Positions 57,266-64,000 of a DNA stretch of 64,000 bases are shown here, piece by piece. A model generated the notes under the pieces. It was not told where the DNA came from and made no database searches. It was given only the letters and a program-made list of their open reading frames with translations. A program made the translations under genes and the position numbers. The stretch's first letter is position 1. Each line of letters begins with the position of its first letter. The stretch covers positions 24,800,001 to 24,864,000 of the forward strand of contig OZ024747.1 in assembly GCA_964016885.1 (NCBI GenBank), read 5' to 3'. This stretch comes from Eledone cirrhosa (lineage: Eukaryota).

Positions 57266-57788
57266 ATATTGTTATACTTTGGGAGGGTCATGTTGCCAAT
57301 AAGAAACACACGCACCAGTTGCTTTCACTTCAATTTAATTTAATATATATTTATAAATTTACAAATTTATAAATTTCTGGTTGGTTGGTTGGTTCCACAA
57401 CCAGATAGTTGTTTATATATATATAGTCATAGTTCTTTCGTCACACACTCTGTGACCTCTTCAGTGACTGGGGATTTCTTTCTTCGTTTCTGTGCCTTTC
57501 CTTTCTTCTATCCTACGCCATTTTTCAGAAAAATGGCGTAGGATAGAAGAAAGGAAAGGCACAGAAACGAAGAAAGAAATCCCCAGTCACTGAAGAGGTC
57601 ACAGAGTGTGTGACGAAAGAACTATGACTATATATATATAAACAACTATCTGGTTGTGGAACCAACCAACCAACCAGAAATTTATAAATTTGTAAATTTA
57701 TAAATATATATTAAATTAAATTGAAGTGAAAGCAACTGGTGCGTGTGTTTCTTATTGGCAACATGACCCTCCCAAAGTATAACAATAT
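57266..57788. repeat. 523-bp palindrome of PLE pseudo-LTR family F (centre 57527)
   Basis: Two 261-bp arms around a single A. Confidence 0.93.
57585..57629 (+). ncRNA. Minimal type I hammerhead, family F (minus copy 57425-57469)
   Basis: agtca CTGAAGA g gtcaca gagtg tgtgac GAAA gaac TA tgact. Confidence 0.87.
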
Positions 57789-57849
57789 CGGTTTCAACAC
57801 ACGATTTCAGATAAAGAATCTTGCTAAACAAATTCAGAAACGAAATATC

Positions 57850-57927
<78 letters not shown>

Positions 57928-57943
57928 TAAATATATATGTATG

Positions 57944-57974
<31 letters not shown>

Positions 57975-57989
57975 GTATATATATGTATG

Positions 57990-58020
<31 letters not shown>

Positions 58021-58275
58021 GTATATATATATGTATATATATATATATGTATGTATATATATATGTATATATATATATATGTATATATATGTATATATAT
58101 ATGTATGTATATATATATGTATGTATATATATATATATGTATATATATATATGTATGTATATATATGTATATATATATATATGTATGTATATATGTATAT
58201 ATATATATGTATATATATATATGTATATATATATGTATATATATATATGTATATATATATGTATATATATATGTA

Positions 58276-58369
<94 letters not shown>

Positions 58370-59040
58370 TATGCAACGACTATTGTTTGTTTATTTATAT
58401 CTTCACATCTTTATTTGCTGTATTAATGCCTTTCCACGTACTCTACCTCTATACATCCATGTACTTTTTACTTCCTTTATTCGGACTTTTACTCGCGTAC
58501 ACCCTTAGCACACGACACAGGATTGTCTCTCCCCCCCCCCCCCGGAACATAAACACTGCAACCTGAACTATATTGTAATTCTCCTATGTCTTGATTTCTC
58601 CATCTTACTCCAACACCACTCTTGTTGTTTTATTTACATATTTATACCCATATATTGATATGTTTATATATTTATACCTTTGCTGTACCAATGTGCTCTT
58701 CCACGTATTCCACTTCTATGTATCCATGTATTTCTACTCCTCACATTGGGACCTGTACCCATTAGCACACGACACTAGAATGTCTCCTCCTGAGAACAAA
58801 AATAAATATTACACGACTATATCCCGTACTCTACATCCCACTAGGGTAAATTACAGATCTACATAATACAATTAACGTTTCTTCCTAATAGACTCTATTT
58901 AATTAAACCCCGCAACCCAAAACCTCATAGAAGTTATTTGAATGTGTAATCTCCAATTTTCTGTTTGTTCAATTCTCAATCTTCTTACTCTTTAGTTTTA
59001 TAATGTTATTCTGAATTCTTTCAACTTCATCAGATAAAGT

Positions 59041-60065
59041 TAAGCAATATTTTAGAGTTCCAACTTTCTGTCGGACTGTTGGGTGGGTTTTAATGGCGGC
59101 GCGACCGGCTCCCTGGCGCACGAGCGTACCTGGAGTGCTTGGAAAAATAAATTTTCCCTCCTTTCGGTAAATTAAAATACTCGGCGTAGCTTAATTCGCC
59201 ATGGGGCCCGGGGCGCGGCCGCTGTTTTAACCGCCACATAGTACCTTTAAATTACAGAACAAATCGGAACTATTTGATATATCAACCTGAAAATGTTAAA
59301 CTGTTGAACTTTAAATTTTCTAACCTCTTTAATATTGAATATTGATTATTAATTTTTTAACTTCATCCTATAAATATAAACATTGTAACACACTGACTCC
59401 CAATATATTCACCTCTGCTAAGATGCGGGTCCCTGTGAAAATTTTCTCGCGCCACTCCTGGCCTGACTGTGGTGTGACATTAATATCGACCTTCCTTCCT
59501 CTCTCTTTCTATCTTCCTTCTTGTAGCCATCAACCCTTACTTTTCTACTTCTATAAGCAAAATTTTAAAGTTCCAACTTTCTGTCGGACTGGTGGGTGGT
59601 TTTTGATGGCGGCGCGACCAGCTCCCTGGCGCACGAGCTTACCTGGAGTGCTTGGAAAAATAAATTTCCCCTTCTTTCGGTAAATGAAAATACTTGGCGT
59701 AGCTTAATTCGCTATGGGGCCCGGGGCGCGGCCGGTATTTTAACCGCCACATAGTACCTTTAAATTACAGAACAAATCGGAACTATTAGATATATCAACC
59801 TGAAAATGTTAAACTGTTGAACTTTAAATTTTCTAACCTCTTTAATATTGAATATTGATTATTAATTTTTTAACTTCATCCTAGAAGTCTAAACATTGTA
59901 ACACAATGACTCCCAATATATTCACCTCCGCTAAGATGCGGGTCCCTGCGAAAATTTTCTAGCGCCAGTCCTGGCCTGACTGTGGTCTGACATTAATATC
60001 GACCTTTCTTCCTCTTTCTTTCTATCTTCCTTCTTGTAGCCATCAACCCTTACTTTTCTACTTCT
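59041..60065. repeat. ~513-bp diverged tandem duplication containing a GC-rich fold-back
   Basis: taagcaa..gttccaactttctgtcggact at 59041 and 59554. Confidence 0.9.
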
Positions 60066-60456
60066 CTCTTCTCTTCCTTCTCTTCTCCCCTCTTCCTGTC
60101 TTCCTCTCGCAGACTTATCTTCCTTCCCCCTCTTGCTTGCCTATATCTGACCGGTAGTAGTTGCCTTTCTTCTTTTAGCTGACATTAACCCTGGCTTCTC
60201 TTCTTCTTTCTTCCCCCTTCTTCTCTCTCCTTCCTTTCTTCCTTTCTTTTACCTTGTGTCATGAGATTGACGCTAACTTATATTCCCATCCCTTTCTGTT
60301 TTCGTTTATCTGACCGGTAGTAGCATACTATAAACTTTAGCCACGTCACTTGAGGGCGACCGGCTGAGGTTGAAGGAACAGAATAGCGGGCGCCCTCGAG
60401 TCTTCGATTTTCAGCCCCATGGATTTTATCTATTACATTCACGTATTATATTTTGA

Positions 60457-60514
60457 ATATCTGATGATATCACCGGATTCATACGGAACCCGGTCATTGA
60501 AATGATCATAGTAT
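60457..60514 (+). ncRNA. Type I hammerhead, family N
   Basis: atat CTGATGA t-at.accgg...ccggt.at-t GAAA tgatca TA gtat. Confidence 0.8.
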
Positions 60515-60708
60515 AATAATCCTTTCAAGGATTTACACAAATCCAGCCTCCTGCCATTTCATTATAATATTAAACTCCGTAATAGCACCACCAACTACAA
60601 AAACAAAGACGGATGAACTGCCTTACGTTGAGTACTCTCTATATTATTGCATTACGATTGACCATACGGAATAGACCAGCTCTATACAGTGGTGAACCTC
60701 AAACCTGA

Positions 60709-60789
<81 letters not shown>

Positions 60790-60791
<2 letters not shown>

Positions 60792-63430
60792 TGTTGTGGT
60801 AGGATGTCAATAGATAGCATGCCGAACTACATCGAGGCAATGCAACCCCACATCACCAACACGAGCGAAGTTGCACAACTAACACACGATGGGAGAGAAA
60901 AAATCCTCAACGCTCACATGATGATGTGGACTGACATCCTAAAGCCAAGCAGACGCACTGCCAACAACTTCCAGGCGTCTAACAATGGCATACCACCCTT
61001 GTATGGGCTCCGCAAAGACCACAAGACAGTCGACGACCCGACAATAGGACCACCAACAAGACCTGTATGCGGAGCTAATATAGCTAGCAACTACAGGATC
61101 TCCTACTTCCTCTCAATGGTTATACGCCCCATAATCAAGATGTCCCCAGATGTATGTGAAAGTACAGAGGACCTCCTCAGCAGAATCAGTGAGTGCAACA
61201 AAAACAGGAGCCTATCCAACTGCATAATAGGCAGCATGGATGTGGTGTCACTGTACCCATCCATTAACATTGATTTTGCTGTGAAAAGATGTGTGGAGAT
61301 GATCATTGAGAGTGAGGTGGAGTTCTGCGACGTAACTGGGCCTCCTACTTAGACTTACCTACGACACTGACTACCTAGACAGCCATGACCTTAGATGTTT
61401 CTGCCCTAGTAGACCTATAAGAGGTAGACCCCCCACCATAACCTCAATGGCTAAAAAGACTCCCATAGGAAGGTGGATTGGGTGGACCAAAGCTATACGG
61501 ACCCCCCAAAACACTGATCAGGTAAGAAAAATGGTCGCACATGCAATAGGGGCTAGTATCAAAACTACCCTAAAGGGCCACATATTTAAGTTCAATGAGA
61601 AAATCTACACCCAAAATGAGGGAGCAGCCATCGGCGTCAGCATAGCTGGCGATGTTGCCAACCTTTTCATGGTATGGTGGGAAAGGAGACTTAAAGATCT
61701 CCTTAATGAAAGCTCCATAGACCTCATCATGTACTCTCGTTATGTAGACGATATCAATATAGTTATAAGAACACCCCCACTAGAGAGCACTAACAAGTTT
61801 GATTTAGAACGTAGCACGATGGAAAGCATCCAGCAGATAGCTAATTCCATACACCAGAGTATAACTGTAACTATAGACTTCCCTTCCAAACACCCTAACA
61901 ATAGACTACCTGTATTAGACACAGAACTCTGGATTAACACTATAGACGAGAGAGCCCAAATTCTCCACTCACACTATGCTAAACCCATGGCCTCCAAATA
62001 CCTGATACTCAAAAACTCAGCAATGTCCAGTAGTGCTAAGTTTAATATTCTGATCGCAGATTTGGTACGAGTGATGAAGAATGTGTCCAGCATGTGCGAC
62101 CCAACAGAAATGGAAGGACACATCCAACACTTCATCAACCGCATGCAGTTCTCTGGCTACAACCAAAGAGACAGAGTCAGAGTATACGAAGGAGCCATGG
62201 AAAAGTATAAGACCCTCATAGAACTGGACATGAAAGGAATTTGCCCACTATACAGGAGCAAATCATGGAATAGCTTAGATAGGGCTAGACATAAGATAGG
62301 GAAGGCCACATCATGGTACGACAACCAGAGATATCAGAGTGTCATGTTTGTGGACGCCACCCCTGGAGGGAAATTAGCTAACCAGTGTAGAAAGGCCCTG
62401 AGAAAGACCCACTTAAAAATAAAGGTGGTAGAAAAGCCAGGAACCACCATAAAATCCCTGATCAGCAAAACCTACCCTTTTAAGAAAACCCACTGTACCA
62501 ATAGGAAATGTATCATATGTAAGGTGAACCCCCGGATAAACTGTAAAACTAGAAACGTAGTCTATAGCATAAGATGTACAGAGGGTACTTGCAGAAACAC
62601 GACAACAACATACATAGGTGAGACAGCTCGTAGCATAGGTGAAAGGATAGACCAACACTGGGGGGAACTAAAAGGACGAAAAAACGGGTCAGTACTATAC
62701 GAACATGCTAGACAACATCATGACGGTAACATAGACAACATAGAAATTAGAATAATATCTAAACATAGGAATGACCCAGCAGATAGGCAAATCAGAGAGG
62801 GGCAAATCAGAGAGGCCAGTGAAATAGAAATTAGAAGACCAAAGCTAAACAGAAAGAATGAGTGGAACAACAACAACACCCAAACAAACAACACTGACCT
62901 AAGAGAAGTATAAATAAATAAGTAAATTAAATTAAATAAAATAAGATAAATAAATACATACACAAGCACATAAACACACACTAGTCACCCAGCAGACACA
63001 ACACTATACACACTAGTCACACATCACACATAACACTATACACACACGCAAACGCATGCGCAAAGAAGACAAAATAAAATAAGATAAACAAACAAGCAAA
63101 TAAATAAATAAATAAATATATAGACAGACTGAACAAAAAAAATGGCGTAGACATACAACACAACAGGAGGAACAATGAATATAACACCACTGACGATGTT
63201 GCAGATGTGCAACGAAAGATTTATGTAAACTATATATATATGTGTTTGTCTATATTGTATCTGTATTATTTTTGACCGCCGGTCAGTCAATGGCAACATT
63301 GAGGACCGAGTAAGTTAGATCGCAGATATATATATATAAAAGACAGCGAGAAGCGAAAACCAACCAAACAGTGAGTGTGTTCTGTTATTAATTCTGGCAA
63401 TATTACGCAAATATGACCCTCCCCAAATAT
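60790..63430 (+). mobile_element. 5'-truncated PLE (Nematis-like): RT + GIY-YIG (60804-61352 / 61447-62913, one frameshift) and pseudo-LTR family B
   Basis: [69 protein letters not shown]. Confidence 0.92.
63184..63226 (+). ncRNA. Hammerhead-like motif, family B (minus copies 7354-7397, 8589-8632), weak stem I
   Basis: ca CTGACGA t gttgca gatg tgcaac GAAA gatt TA tg; positionally homologous to family F. Confidence 0.55.
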
Positions 63431-63676
63431 AACTATATATATATGTATATATATATATGTATATATGTATATATATATATGTATATATATATATGTATAT
63501 ATATATATGTTTATATATGTATATATATATATGTATATATATATATGTTTATATATGTATATATATATATATGTATATATATATATACATATATAAACAT
63601 ATATATATATACATATATATACATATATATATATACATATACATATATATATATATATATAGATATATATATATAC

Positions 63677-63713
<37 letters not shown>

Positions 63714-63736
63714 CATATATATATACATATATATAT

Positions 63737-63819
<83 letters not shown>

Positions 63820-63908
63820 TACATATATATATATACATATATATATATGCATATATATATATACATATATATACATATATATATATACATATACATATAT
63901 ACATATAC

Positions 63909-63977
<69 letters not shown>

Positions 63978-64000
63978 CTGATTAATGAAAAACTCAGAGC

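Noticed and set aside
59005-59040. Minus-strand ctgatga-agtt-gaaa-gaattc motif
   Set aside because: Lacks the UH cleavage dinucleotide and a real stem II; at most a dead remnant.

Overview
Eukaryotic, gene-free, repeat-saturated window. Roughly half is interrupted (AT)n/(AC)n microsatellite, which produces nearly all of the Y/I/H/M 'ORFs' as artefacts. The rest is retroelement debris; the host is probably a coleoid cephalopod such as Octopus (inference). Two APE+RT LINE families are present: one near full length at 2695-7350, with a 5'-truncated copy at 31148, and one decayed at 38577-42250. There is also a tRNA/CORE-type SINE, an RTE-like non-autonomous element, and about 11 coding fragments of Penelope-like elements (PLEs, RT and/or GIY-YIG) from at least three lineages. 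The main hidden signal is a dense set of type I hammerhead ribozymes (HHRs): about 12 well-formed sequence families plus 3 weaker ones, about 30 copies. They include U3-A8 core covariants, non-canonical 10.1/11.1 pairs, and 70-100 nt structured insertions in stem II or III. Several lie in protein-free tandem units (312, 482, 593 bp) that look like retrozymes or non-autonomous PLEs. Other notable items: an in-frame chimeric PLE ORF, a PLE with a coiled-coil ORF1, a UUUUUUA -1 frameshift heptamer at three ORF1/ORF2 junctions, and a LINE ORF1 with a Myb/SANT-like domain. All structures were folded by eye and no database searches were run.
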